Shown: positions 1 through 12,119 of the stretch, in pieces | How the letters are laid out: the number at the start of each line of letters is the position of its first letter | Numbering within the stretch: position 1 is the first letter of the stretch | Assembly: GCA_973895155.1 (NCBI GenBank) | Contig: OZ316898.1 | Location: forward strand, 19,541,292 to 19,605,291 | DNA from: Marsupella aquatica | Taxonomy: Eukaryota; Plantae; Marchantiophyta | Reading direction: 5' to 3' | Length of the DNA: 64,000 bases | Position numbers and translations under genes: made by a program | The notes under the pieces: model-generated | What the model saw: only the letters and a program-made list of their open reading frames with translations | The model's database searches: none | Told to the model about the DNA's origin: nothing

Positions 1-924
1 CCCGGGGAGGCAGCACTGTATCAACATCCATACTCAAAAACAAATACTAGACTGTAAGTTATAAATAGTATAAGTGGACCCACACGAAAATGTTTGCTGG
101 GCTGTCAATCAGTCAGTGTCTATCAGACTATTCCAGCCAATCGTAATTTCGATTTCTGAGAAAGTTACTAACTTGGCCCCAAAAACACTAACAAAATTGT
201 CGATTCACCCAGCAAAGAAAAACCAAGGCCTTAACGAATAATGATGGGACATGGATCTGGTGCTTACAGACAGCTACCGTTAGGGAGAAATCTAGGCTCA
301 CCGTGATTTCCATACTTCATCCTCACTGTTGAGAACTACAGGACTGCACACACGTATAAATATGTACATTGTACCGCTCCAGATAGTAGATCGAGAGGGT
401 GCTGATCATGCAGCTAGCTAGATAGTAAACTCCACGTCAACGGCAATCTTTAGTCCACAGCCTCAGCAATCCATTGTTCAGGTACCACTTCCGCTCCGTC
501 GATCAGTTACATACATCATCGAGAGGGTTTGAGGCTCCATATGTATAGAAATCTCTATGATCTCACATTCAAGTTCATTACTAGGAATCCGGTTTCATTG
601 TATCGTTATCCACATGTCCATAATTTCGCTAGTCCATTGTTGGAAACCCGGTTTCATGGTGTACGTACTGGTCGACCACTCCGTGAGCTAGACAGTGAGA
701 CTATGGATATGATGTAGTCGTGACGAGTGGACGACAAGCATGTTCGACATATCCCTTCAATTTCGAAGGCCATGCATGCTGCGAGAGCTGCAAGGTCGTG
801 CCGTACCATCCATCTCTGCAACTGGTCTAGAGGTGAGCATCTGGACTGATCGACTAGAGATATATTACTTAACCATGCCAGGGCCTTTGCACATATCGTG
901 AAAGATCTGTTACAAAGTTTGGGA

Positions 925-3900
925 GAGGATTTTAAGATTATTTGATACAATTTCGCCTTCTCAGCGCTTTAATTTGTGCTATCAGATTCACAATTATATA
1001 AGCGAAGTTGTTGTTGTATTTAAGTAGAGTCTCTGCTGAAAGCCTCCTTGTCAATCATTAAATTATACTCTCCAACCCTGGATGCTGGGAAGCTAGTATT
1101 TCATTCTGCCATGTCGATCAAGCAGTTTAGAGTATTATTGCACTCTCGATTATCGTTAGCTGCACCACTGCCATGAGTTGTTTGGCTTAGTCTACGTAGT
1201 ATCAGGTGGCATCATTTTCCGCATTTGCAGGTTGATCGATAACACAAATCCTTAACGAGGTTCATCTTAAAATCTTGATATATGTGTTTGTCAATTTTGC
1301 ACATTTCAGGAGTTCTGTTGGCGTGCGACAGGTAACGATTTCATTAATTGATTCTGTCAACCAGAAGTGACTACGTACATAAATAGGCTCTTCATCGGAT
1401 CTTGGAGAAGAATTTGAACAGCCTCAAAGGAGACTGCTCTCTTGAACGACTTCAATTGTGCTACAGCGCATGACTAACGCTCTTTGTCGACAAGTTGCAC
1501 TCCAAGCCAGTAGCGGAGTCGCCGACTCGGTAAGCCGACCATACCAATTCCATTTGTGGGAAGTTTATATTTACCATTACAAACCACACTAACTTTCGAG
1601 AAGGAAGCCAGAAAGCAAGCTTCGGGTTTCCGCACCTTCCTATGCGAATCTCTGAAATCGATGGAGTTGCAGTAGACTCGCGTCCGCGTAGGTACTAATA
1701 AATCAACGTGAGAGAGCTTTGGAAACCAATTATTCAGTCTTTCAGCCCATCACTTCAATGAAATGGCTTCCAAAGGTCTCCGCAACATGTTACATTAATA
1801 TTCTCATGATGCATGATGGTCAGAAATGACAGCCCTACGTTTCCAATGAAAACATTTAAGTATGGCTGTCTGAATAAATAGGGGTGAATATCACTTCAAT
1901 TGAAGGTGTCTATCTGTTGCTTTTTAAGCCATCTCTCCCTGATGCAGCGTAGCCGGTCTATACTAGCACGCACTTTTTCTAGCTACGATCGTAACTTCGT
2001 GACTCACAACTTTCACTAGCACCATCGTGCAAGACCTGCCTGTCAAAGTACATGTCTACGAGACGTCCGACGATATGTTGGGGATTCTCAAGACCAAGAG
2101 GAGGGTTCCAACAGCTTTCTATGATTTCAATAGGCTTCCATTTGAACCTTGTCAACTCAATGCATGAATGTGATATAATTTTGGAAGCCGTTCGAATTGC
2201 AAGAACCTGGAGAATAGACTTTAATTGATTCTAACTTGTTGGCACCCCGAGCAGCAGACAGGAACGTACGTAGCGAGACTGCACTGCACGGAAGAAAATG
2301 TGTACAGCTCTTCCAGCGCTCTTTGCGTTCTCAATGGGCTCTCGACGGATCTCCATCGTGCTCCTCTGGCTTTTGTTTGTGGCCCGTATGGATGCTCAGA
2401 ATGGGAGCATTACCGAAGTTCAGACTCTTGTGAAGTTCAAATATTTGACGGCCTTAGATACTTGGGTATTAACCAGAGGGTACTATAGTACGTGGAAGGA
2501 CACAGACCAAAGTCCCTGTTCTTGGTGGGGAGTAACTTGCTCGGAAAATTTAACGGTAACGAGGCTTATTCTTTCGGGTTGGGGACTGACAGGACTGCCA
2601 AGTCTCGGAGTTTTGTCGAACCTTACCGATCTTCGCGAGTTGGATTTGTCATGGAATAATTTCAGAAGTAGTGTCGGTGCTTTAAGCATTAGCATTCCTG
2701 ACGACATCGGATCCTTGGTTGCGCTTACTCACCTTTCCCTTGCATATAACCAGTTCTCAGGTCCGATACCTAGTAACATTTCTGCCTGCCGCAGCCTACA
2801 GTACCTAAATATGGGATACAATGAACTTACCGGTGTGCTCCCCGATCTGAGCGTCTTGCGCAACCTACAGTATCTCTACGCCGAAGGCAATCAACTTAGT
2901 GGCCCTTTGCCGCAATGGCTAGGGCAATTACACAGCCTTCTGGCGGTGAAACTGTCGGCTAACAATTTTACTGGTAAAGTCCCCTCTCTTTCGAACCTAA
3001 CCGAGCTATTGGAGATAGTACTTGATGGCAACGCCTTTACGGGGTTTGAAGAGCCAGTGTTCCCAGGTTCAAAGAGTTTAGAGAACTTGTCCGTGCAGGG
3101 CAATCAACTAGGGGGTCCGATTCCACCTAGCATTACTAATTTTCGGAATATGAGGATCCTTAATATGTCCAACAACCAACTCATTGGCCAGATCCCTCGT
3201 GGGTTTGTGCTAAATATGAGCCAAGCCATCTGGTTGGATTTCTCTTATAATCAACTCACGGGAAACATCCCTTCGAATTTGCTGCAGCCTACTACCATTG
3301 CCGTTTATATGCCCATCTTGAGGTTCTCAAACAATCGTCTGACTGGTTCGATACCATTCGATGGAACCCAGCAATACCATTACGATACCTTAGATTTTAG
3401 TAACAATAAGCTGAGTGGATCAATTCCTTCCATTTGCAACAATGGAACTAGCTTTTTCTCCCACTTTTGGCTTCAAAACAACCAGCTAGAAGGAGACATT
3501 GTCGATTTTCTCGCGCACTCTTATTCTTGTATAGTGGACTTGCAAGTAGCAAACAATTCCTTCAGTGGGGATCTGTCGAGAATAGCTTCTATCAGTGAGA
3601 CTAGTATGGATTTGGTTAGGAACCGATCGCTACTACAAACCGTAGACCTCAGCAACAACAGTTTTTGGATGAGTACCACAGAAGCCAATCCTGATCCATT
3701 GAGGGTTTTGCTGGAGTTTTTTGTGCTCAATACATCTGTGACGAATTTTCGAATCCCAGGGAACAATTTCTCCGGAATTCGTCTACCTGCATACTTCTCC
3801 GTCGCGGCAGATTCCCTCAATTTTCTGGATTTAAGTCACAATCATCTGATGGGGAACATATCTGACGCAGCATTCAACAGCAGATGGTTCCCGGCAGTCC

Positions 3901-5327
3901 AATCTTTGAACTTGTCTAACAATGATTTGACGGGACCAATCCCGGAAGCCATTGTCATGCTTCCGAAAATAGTGCTTCTTGATCTCTCCAACAATAGTCT
4001 ATCTGGATCGTTTCCTTCCCTACTGCCAGCAAGTATCAATCTTCTCTTTGCAGGCAATGATGGACTTTGCGGTGGTCCCTTACGACCTTGTACGCAAGCG
4101 GCACGTTCACAATGGTGGATTTTGGTCGTTGCAATTGGGGGTTCTATTATAATAGTTGTGGTAAGTTGTTTGGTTGTTGCGTGGCGATGGAGAGTGTACC
4201 GCAAAATGCACCAACAAGATGCTGATTTAATCAAAACACTGCTGGAGAGAGAATCAGCATCGTTGATGTCCCTTCGCGAGCTGAAGAAAGCGACAAACAA
4301 CTTTGCTGAGGATTCACAAATAGGAGAGGGAGGCTTTGGGACTGTCTACACAGGCAAACTTAATGACGGAACCAAAGTGGCCATCAAGAGAAGCAAGTTC
4401 GAAGGATTGGAGAAGGACAAACAACGATTCTTGAACGAGATCAGGATATTGTCTCAAGTAAACCACCGTCATCTTGTGAAGCTCCTCGGTTGTTGCATGG
4501 AGAACAAGATTGCTTTGCTTGTCTTTGAATTTGTTTCAAATGGCACACTCCAAGAACATCTTCAAGGAAAGACGGAGGGTATACATTTGAGCTGGAAACA
4601 ACGGCTTCAGATTGCGATTCAAACAGCAGATTCTCTAAACTATCTTCATTCAGCTGCAAGTTTCCCAATTTATCATCGGGATGTCAAGTCGGCCAACATT
4701 CTGTTAGACAAGGACCTTAATGCCAAAGTGGCAGATTTTGGAATCTCGAAGTTGGCTCCCCTCGAAGCGACGCATGTTTCAACAGTTGCAATCCAAGGCA
4801 CCATGGGCTATATGGATCCCGAATACTACACCTCCTACAAACTAACCGATAAAAGTGACGTGTACAGCTTTGGTGTGGTCCTATTGGAACTCATCTCAGC
4901 AAAGGCTGTCATAGACTTTATGAGGGGTGAAGAAAAAACCAGTTTGGTGAATTTTGCAAGCATACACGTCGAGAATGGGGACTTGCAAGAACTGATCGAT
5001 CAGGCTCTTCTGGAGACCTACAATGATTCGACCGGTAATGGCAGGGAGTCAATCTTGAATGTGGGCAGGCTAGCTCTGAAGTGTCTGCAGATACGATCCA
5101 AGGCCAGACCAAGCATGCACGAGGTGTGGAAAGAGCTGCAAGATATGTGGCTGGCGCTTTCATGCACGTCCGAGGAATTGTGCTCTATTAATGATGAAAA
5201 GAAGGACATACTGCACAATTACGCAATTATCCTATCTGAATCTTCCCCTTCTGGATCTTCCCCTTCCAGTTGCCCTAGTTTTAGTGTACAAAGTGATGAT
5301 GGTAGTATTGAGATGTCATTCAGGTAA
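925..5327. repeat. Copy 1 of a segmental/tandem duplication (upstream region plus LRR-RLK), partner of 59668-64000+
   Basis: Sequence from GAGGATTTTAAGATTATTTGATACA at 925 recurs almost base for base from 59668; the offset in the CDS is 58735. The right boundary cannot be seen because copy 2 runs off the window. Confidence 0.97.
2298..5327 (+). CDS. Intronless LRR receptor-like Ser/Thr kinase (RD type) with a WAK/WAKL-like kinase domain; the true start may be the ATG at 2334
   Basis: 1009-aa ORF with a signal peptide (ISIVLLWLLFVA), LRRNT (W..TDQSPCSWWGVTC), many plant LRRs (LxLSxNxLSGxIP), a C-cap (GNDGLCGGPLRPC) and a TM helix. Kinase motifs: IGEGGFGTVY, VAIK, HRDVKSANILL, DFG, GTMGYMDPEY, SDVYSFGVVL. 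Confidence 0.96.
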   Translation: MCTALPALFAFSMGSRRISIVLLWLLFVARMDAQNGSITEVQTLVKFKYLTALDTWVLTRGYYSTWKDTDQSPCSWWGVTCSENLTVTRLILSGWGLTGLPSLGVLSNLTDLRELDLSWNNFRSSVGALSISIPDDIGSLVALTHLSLAYNQFSGPIPSNISACRSLQYLNMGYNELTGVLPDLSVLRNLQYLYAEGNQLSGPLPQWLGQLHSLLAVKLSANNFTGKVPSLSNLTELLEIVLDGNAFTGFEEPVFPGSKSLENLSVQGNQLGGPIPPSITNFRNMRILNMSNNQLIGQIPRGFVLNMSQAIWLDFSYNQLTGNIPSNLLQPTTIAVYMPILRFSNNRLTGSIPFDGTQQYHYDTLDFSNNKLSGSIPSICNNGTSFFSHFWLQNNQLEGDIVDFLAHSYSCIVDLQVANNSFSGDLSRIASISETSMDLVRNRSLLQTVDLSNNSFWMSTTEANPDPLRVLLEFFVLNTSVTNFRIPGNNFSGIRLPAYFSVAADSLNFLDLSHNHLMGNISDAAFNSRWFPAVQSLNLSNNDLTGPIPEAIVMLPKIVLLDLSNNSLSGSFPSLLPASINLLFAGNDGLCGGPLRPCTQAARSQWWILVVAIGGSIIIVVVSCLVVAWRWRVYRKMHQQDADLIKTLLERESASLMSLRELKKATNNFAEDSQIGEGGFGTVYTGKLNDGTKVAIKRSKFEGLEKDKQRFLNEIRILSQVNHRHLVKLLGCCMENKIALLVFEFVSNGTLQEHLQGKTEGIHLSWKQRLQIAIQTADSLNYLHSAASFPIYHRDVKSANILLDKDLNAKVADFGISKLAPLEATHVSTVAIQGTMGYMDPEYYTSYKLTDKSDVYSFGVVLLELISAKAVIDFMRGEEKTSLVNFASIHVENGDLQELIDQALLETYNDSTGNGRESILNVGRLALKCLQIRSKARPSMHEVWKELQDMWLALSCTSEELCSINDEKKDILHNYAIILSESSPSGSSPSSCPSFSVQSDDGSIEMSFR

Positions 5328-5973
5328 TCGGCCTCAGTAGTGGCCTGCATGCCACAGAGGTTGAGAAAGTTGTGGGTCAGATATATTGAGGTTCAATTCG
5401 TACGTATCAGAGAACACTGTTAAGGTCTCCCATCCTTAGTTTGAGGAACACAATGAAAAATGGTACCAGTCGAAGCACTGCAGTAACTTATCGTAGCAGT
5501 CCGAGAGCAAGCAGGTGAAGAATTGTAGAGAGCTACCCTAGGTTGAGAGAAGTCCTCACGTTTGATTGAATTGCCTGGCTTGCACGTTATAAGGGTCAGA
5601 ATTTGTGCTACACAGCTGTCTCTTGCATCAATGGGGTCTGGGAACCTCGAGCCATATATAGTCTGGTCTTTTAGGTGCAGCTACTCCTGTTCGTAGCGAG
5701 CAGGTTGGCCTTTGGGATTTGTAGGTGTACGTACTATGTACAAATTGAGTTCTTAGTTTCTTGTAGATTTAATTAATTATAAAGCCTGAATATGATCAAG
5801 AGTCCTGAATCGCTTTCTAAGAGAATTGCAACACGTTCATGTGTGTTGCAGAGTTTAACAACGTAGCCTTATAGTTCAGATCTACCTCTTGAAATCACTT
5901 TTCCTGTCATTGACAGTCTCTTGCAGAGTAGAAGCAATGTTTCTTGGTTTTTTCGTCGGTGGAGATTAAGATT

Positions 5974-5999
5974 AACCCTAAACCCTAAACCCCTAACCA
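5974..5999 (+). repeat. Short plant telomere-like/telo-box tract (AACCCTAAACCCTAAACCCCTAACC)
   Basis: About three CCCTAAA-like units read directly from the sequence. Confidence 0.6.
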
Positions 6000-6720
6000 A
6001 CTTTGGTCCCCTATTTTGGCCCTCCTTGGACTCAAACCCAACCACTTGGACGCAAAGTTAACTTGTTATGCCCATAACTTTTTGGTAAGATGTTTCTAGG
6101 TGAAATATATTAGCCCATTGTGATCAGGCCTACACGTTGCTCATGCCCAAACACTCAAATTCATCATATGTTGAGGTTCTGGGAAACAACAACAAAAATT
6201 CCTTGCACGAGCAAATTTTTGCTCATACGACCTCTAAAATTTCCATTTCCAACTTACTCCCTTGTTAACAACCTGGTCGATAACATCCATTTTTGTAACT
6301 CATGTTTTTGCCACCGAACTTGCTAGCCATTTGGAGTCATAAAAAACATAAAATATATGAAAGGCAAAAAAAACAAAAGAAATAAAACACCATTGGTGTC
6401 TAGCTAATATGTCGTGCGCATACACATCGTTACACAACATACATCGCTTGTCACATACATCCAGACATAGTCACATTGCCACATCACAAACACAAGAGAA
6501 TGGAATACAAGTGGAACTCATATCCACACATGTCCAAAACCCACAATCGTCCCCCTAGCTGGGAGTAAAGTCCCCTAACTCTAGCTAGCCATGAGTTCTA
6601 CAAGGTTGATGTACACCTTTTCAGGTGTGAAGATCAAGAGGTCGGGTGCAAGTGAGCCCCATCGATCACCTACTTGCAATCCATATCTGCAAAGAGAACA
6701 CAAATGATAACTAGTCGGCT

Positions 6721-8010
6721 TCACCGACAGTGAGGACACAACCATGATCCACTAGGAATCACCTGCAGTGGTGGTGTCAAACATGACATGTGCCATCCTC
6801 TAGAACACTTATCACAAATCAACATAGTAGCTGCTCCCTGAGCAGATCCACACAACATACATTTCAAGCCAGCACGAACATGTGCCAAGCTTGGATCTAC
6901 TGTGCTATCAATGTTGGGAAGGTGACATGGTGCACAGTTGCGCACATGATCGTTCCAAACCATACCATCGCATCCCTCCAACATCAGGACACCAGAAGGC
7001 AACACTTCATGCACACGTAAGATTGTCCGGTCTGCGGTCACATCAAGTGTTGTGGGTGCTGTCTGCTACAAATAAACATAATCACTAGGATGAAATCGGC
7101 GAATGCTTGCACGGTAACCTCCTCCACGAATAGTGGCATACCTGAGCAAAGTATCATGATGTTGGGCAATGGCAAGGTTGTCAAAAGCCATGGGCATCAC
7201 TCTCTGAAATACCCGTGCTCACTCTGAATACACCTTGACCCAAACATCAGGATCATCCAAGTTCACAACTGGTGCAGCATCATGACGAATAGCTGCTGGA
7301 AAATCTGGCTCTCTACCATAGAGCAAAAAGTAAGGTGAGAAGGATGCAAGTGATGCTTGCCGACTGAAACGGTAGCCCATAGCTAACCAAGGTAGCTGGA
7401 GATCCCAATCTTCCAGATGACCAACCTGCAAGCCATACTTACGCAATCCTCTCTTCACAGTTTGCACAACTCTCTCAGCTAATCCATCTGCCTCAGGATG
7501 ATCACGAGAGGTAGTACAATGATCAATCAAAGCTTGTTCACACAAACTCTCCACGGAACTCAGTTCCCTGATCAGTCAACACCTTAGCTGGTGCTCCAAA
7601 ATGACTGAGTACACGATCCAAAAATGTAGCAGCAACTCCTCCACTGGCTTTATCTGGCAACGCCACTAGCTCAATCCACTTGGAGAAGTGCTCCACCATG
7701 ACCAAAACATACCAATTATGACGTTGGGTAAGAGGTAATGGACCAGCAAAATCCAAACTCCAACGATATCCCAAACCCATGATCGGCAACGGGTGCAACT
7801 GGGAGTGGGAGCATTAAATGATGCTCTCACTCTATCACATACCACACACTTAGCTATCAACTGTTGGACATGAGTGCGCATACCACACCACCAATATTGT
7901 GTCTACAGCAAGCCGTAAGTGCGCTTCATACCAAAGTGACCCAACTCCTCGTGCGCATGTTGCACCAAATGTACTCGCTATGATGGTTTTGGTACCACCA
8001 ACACTCTACC
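6721..8010 (-). pseudogene. Retrotransposon integrase (HHCC zinc finger plus DDE core) fused to a C-terminal PHD finger
   Basis: HEELGHFG...CVVC zinc motif; core motifs WSLDFAGP, VLTDQGTEF and GLAERVVQ. The C-terminal CMLCGSAQGAATMLICDKCSRGWHMSCLTPPLQVIPSGSWLCPHC is a canonical C4HC3 PHD at about 6721-6870. Confidence 0.93.
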
Positions 8011-8379
8011 ATCATGCAGTACTCTCAAAAGATGGTTTCCCTCCCATCGAAACCTCTTGGCTCTCTGTAGAACCCTGTCACATTCTTTGGCATCAACACT
8101 GCCAACAATAGAACCACTACGCAGATATTCTAACACTCTCACATCATTGTGAATATCTTGCTGTCCAGAAATTACCTCACCAACATCCACATCTGAAGAC
8201 TTATTATCCACTCCATCTAATGAGGTAGAGTCCATAGATCCACCGTATACTCGCACCCAACAAAGAAAGGCAGATGCATGCCATCCTGGCACCATCTCCT
8301 TATCTGACTCATCATGCCATCTGGCTCTAGTCTCATCCTGCTGACTGGTACATGGATTGCGGCTTAATCCATCTGCATC

Positions 8380-9798
8380 CAAGTTCACTTTTCCAAGCCT
8401 ATGCATCACCTGGAAATCATACTCCTGTAACAACAATGCCCATCATGCAAGCTTCCCTGTAAGCTTGTCAAACTCCATTAACCACTTAAGAGGCTGATGA
8501 TCCGTGATCAAGGTGAAGGGGTTACCAAACAAGTAGCAACAAAAGTGTGCAATAGCCCACACTGCTGCCAAACACTCTCCCTCATAAGAGCTATACTTAG
8601 TCTCTGCTGAATTGTTTGATCTACTGGCATAAGCCACAACAAACTCATTCCCCTCATCATCCTTCTGAGTCAGCACTGCTCCAAGTCCTACTCCACTCCA
8701 ATCAGTGTGTAGCTGAAATGGTCTGCCTGAAATGGGTCTTCTCAAAATAGGGGATGATGCCAACCTTTGCTTCAACTCTTGAAAGGCATGCTCCTGGTCA
8801 TCACCCCAAGTCCATTCCTGATCCAACTTAGTGAGTATGGTTAAAGGTTTAGCAAGCTGGCTAAATCCTTTAACATACCTCCTGTAGTAGCTCGCCAATC
8901 CCAAGAATGCACGAACTCTACTCACATCAGTAGGACAAGGAATCTATGTAATGGCCTCCACTTTAGTCTGTTGTACACCCAATCCCCTTGGGTATATAGT
9001 GTGGCCCAAATACTCAATCTGGTCTTGGAAGAACTTACACTTGCTAGGATGGAGCTTCAACCCATGTGCTCTTAATCTCTCCAACACAATCTACAAGTGT
9101 TGCTGATGTTCTTCCACAGTAGAAGAATAAACCCAAATATCATCAATATAACATCTGACAAAATCCAAACCTGCAAGGATTTGATCCATGACTCTCTGGA
9201 ACTCAGCTGGTGCATTCTTCAACCCAAATGGTAAGAATAACCACTGATACAAACAATCTTTGCCATAAGAATCAATCCCCCAGAATATTGTCTTGGACCT
9301 GTCAGCATGCCTAATTGGAAGCTGATGGTACCCTACCCTCAGATCCAATGAACTGAAAACCTTTGCATGCCCCACAACATCAAAGATCTCCTCAAGTGTG
9401 GGCATGGCATATCTATCAGATTTTGTCTGGCGATTAATCCATGATCTATAATCACCACACATGCGCCTATCTGTGTAATTGCCATGCACATCCTTCTTGG
9501 CTGGCATCACTGTGGCAGATGCATACTCCCCATATGAAATCTCCACCAATCCAGCCTCCAACAAATCTTGAGTTTTGCTTTGAATCAGAGTTCTCTCCAT
9601 GTCACTGTAACGGTATGGCCTACGAAAGATTGGCACATCACTAGCCAATTCAATCTGAATACCAGGACCCTTTAATGTCCCCAAATTCTTCATGCTAAAT
9701 GCAAAACAATTCCAGTAACTCTTCAGGAATCGATGCATGCGACGTCTCTCCTTCCCTGTCAACTTAGGGCCAAGCTGTGGTTCCCAACTCTCCACCAA
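8380..9798 (-). pseudogene. Gypsy-type reverse transcriptase and RNase H
   Basis: RT motifs RMCGDYR, FSSLDLRVGYHQ, LPFGLKNAPAEFQR and YIDDI; connection VRAFLGLASYYRRY; RNase H motifs LHTDWSGVGLGAVLTQ, YEGECLAAVWAI and LITDHQPLKWL. Confidence 0.95.
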
Positions 9799-10043
9799 AT
9801 CCCTAATATCTCTTTGTAGAGTAGAAGAGATAGCCGATGATTGCTATTTAGCAGTAGATTGAGCAGTCCCTTCTTGCTCAACAATCTGTCCAGCCTTGGC
9901 CAATCCTGCCATAGGTCCATGGACTGTCTACTCGCCCCCAGCTGTGATCATTACTGTGTCAGTGGACCACAAGCTCACAAGGGATAATCAGTAATTCCAA
10001 CAGAGCGCATCCGCAACTGTTCAGCTACTCCCAAGCTGATAAT

Positions 10044-10960
10044 TCAAGTCAAACAATTCAGATCCATTGCTTGACCAAGAACTGCAGTGGTGCGAGTCAA
10101 AAATCCCATAGCACGCTCTCTCTCATCAGCAATAGGCTCCACTAACTGCTGGAGAGTTGTGTCCCACACAAGTCCAGGGCCACCTGCTCTGAATGCATAT
10201 GAAGCAGAGTGGCTTACAAGAGTGGGTAATGCACAACGTGGGCACCCAACTGCATTGACCATTGCCAATGGAGGTCTATCAGGTTGGGTCACACCCTGTG
10301 CACGACCCCCTAGATCCAAAATATCATCCACGGTCACTAAGGTTGGTGAGCGTGGAATGCTGTCAAATGCGCCCTTCAGCACCTCGCATGGGATCAAATT
10401 AGTCCACCACAAGCGTGGACGATGTGCACGAGAACCCACACGTGCAACATCCAATAACACAGCAGGTCCAATCCAAGACCTCACCTGGTGAACACTGGCA
10501 ACAATCCGAGTACAATTGTCACCTAACAATGGCACATTCTCCAAAATGTATGTTGGAGACCATGTCTGATGTAGCTGGAGATGAAGCAGCACCCGTAACA
10601 TCTCCCAAAACAATGCAAAGCGTGGATCATGAAGTCCATGCCCAACGCCAGCTCTAGATTGGCCCTGACATGGCCAATCAATAATCACCAAATCAATGGG
10701 GCCAACACGATGCAGATGATCCGCCCCCAGCAATGAAATATCAGCAGGTAGTGCATGCTGATAACCATGAACAGCATCCACTGGCAGCAACTATGGATAT
10801 CTATCCACCAACATAGCCACATGTCGCAATGAGACCCTCCGTGCTGTCTCATCTATCTCCACATACAAATAATGACGCACAGGAATTCATGCCTGAAGAA
10901 CAGCAGCCAATCCAGTGCTAATCCCACCAAAAAGATCCAACAAACAAATACCCTCTGGTG
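10044..10960 (-). pseudogene. C5 cytosine DNA methyltransferase domain (DNMT3-like motif set) embedded in the retrotransposon pol
   Basis: Reading upstream through two in-frame stops gives motif I (LLDLFGGISTG) and motif II (YVEID). Further on: motif IV (IDLVIIDWPCQG, catalytic PC), VI (YILENV), VIII (AHRPRLWWTN), IX (ERERAMGF) and X (LGQAMD). Confidence 0.92.
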
Positions 10961-11090
10961 GATACTGCCAAGCAATAGGAGTGGTATCCAATGGTGAAAG
11001 AGTCACCGGTCCATCTGCAAGAGACTGCTCTGCTCCTGACTATGGTGTAAAAGCATGACGCCATGCATCATGTACCAATCGTGCTGCTGC

Positions 11091-11760
11091 CTATGGCAAG
11101 GCCTGTGGAGTGCCCCACAGTGGTGGCACCACACTACCAATAGGTAATCCCCGCATTATGTGCTCCTCATGAGACTCCTCCAATGGTGGAACATCTGCTG
11201 CATGCGCATTACCCTCAATCAAATCATCAGGTCCAGTAATTACTCCATTGAATACTGCCAAAGACAATGGTGTGGATTTAGGGCCTCCCATAGGTCCACT
11301 AAATCTCACTGGCAATTTTCTCAATCGAGCATCGCCTAACTGCCAATCAGGTCTATATGACACTGATTCCTCCCAAAAATCAAGAATAAATCCCATGGGG
11401 TAGAGCACTGTACATCCCACCAACACATCATATGACTCTGCCTTAGTCAGAATAGCTCGCGCCTGTATTTGTGCGCTATCTGTGGTATGACCTTCCTGAA
11501 TCCTCAAATCAAGAGGTCTCCTGATAATGTGCTGTGTAGGTGTAGGTCCCCCCAATGAAGTCTGAATGGGAAAGGGACAATCCTCCAAAATCCTCTGGAT
11601 GCAATCCCAATCCACGTATGGCAGACTTACCCAACATCAAGGGTTGAGCACCAGTATCCAGTAACACTCTCTCTGGCTGATATACTGTTCCAGATGGCCC
11701 AACTAATTGGAAGATACCACTCCGATCATTATCCAATGACACAACACTAGGTTTAAACCT
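11091..11760 (-). pseudogene. Retroviral-type aspartic protease region (frameshifted)
   Basis: VLLDTGAQPLMLG active-site motif; YDVLVG flap-end motif in the next frame. Confidence 0.85.
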
Positions 11761-12119
11761 AGTCCTCTCAAATGCAGGGCATGCTGGTAAATCCACCAAC
11801 CTCGCTGCTGCTGCATGCCATGTCTCACTAGTAGCAGTAGGTGGCATGGTCTTCACTGCTTCAACATTGTAAGCTGCTTCTGCATGGGAAGCAACCACTG
11901 GAGTGTCCTCACAGAGTGTAGCTGCCAATCTGAACACTTTTGCAGGACCAACTCCCAAGTTCAACATGTCTGTCACTGAAAATAATGGGGTGCGTACTAT
12001 GGCAGTAGTTGCCTCCAGCAGAGTACCTATCATCCCTGCTGCATCACTACCTGATTCTGCCAACTTACCCAAGTCACGGTTTGTCAGAACCGGGTTCATA
12101 GAGGCAGTCTGAACTGTCT

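Noticed and set aside
3521-5218. Antisense ORFs over the RLK, conserved in both copies
   Set aside because: They are shadow frames; the conservation only reflects the recent duplication.
5974-5999. Telomere-targeted insertion of the retroelement
   Set aside because: Only about three imperfect units, several hundred bp from the last recognisable retroelement sequence. Similar short tracts occur elsewhere (41801, 46872, 59407).
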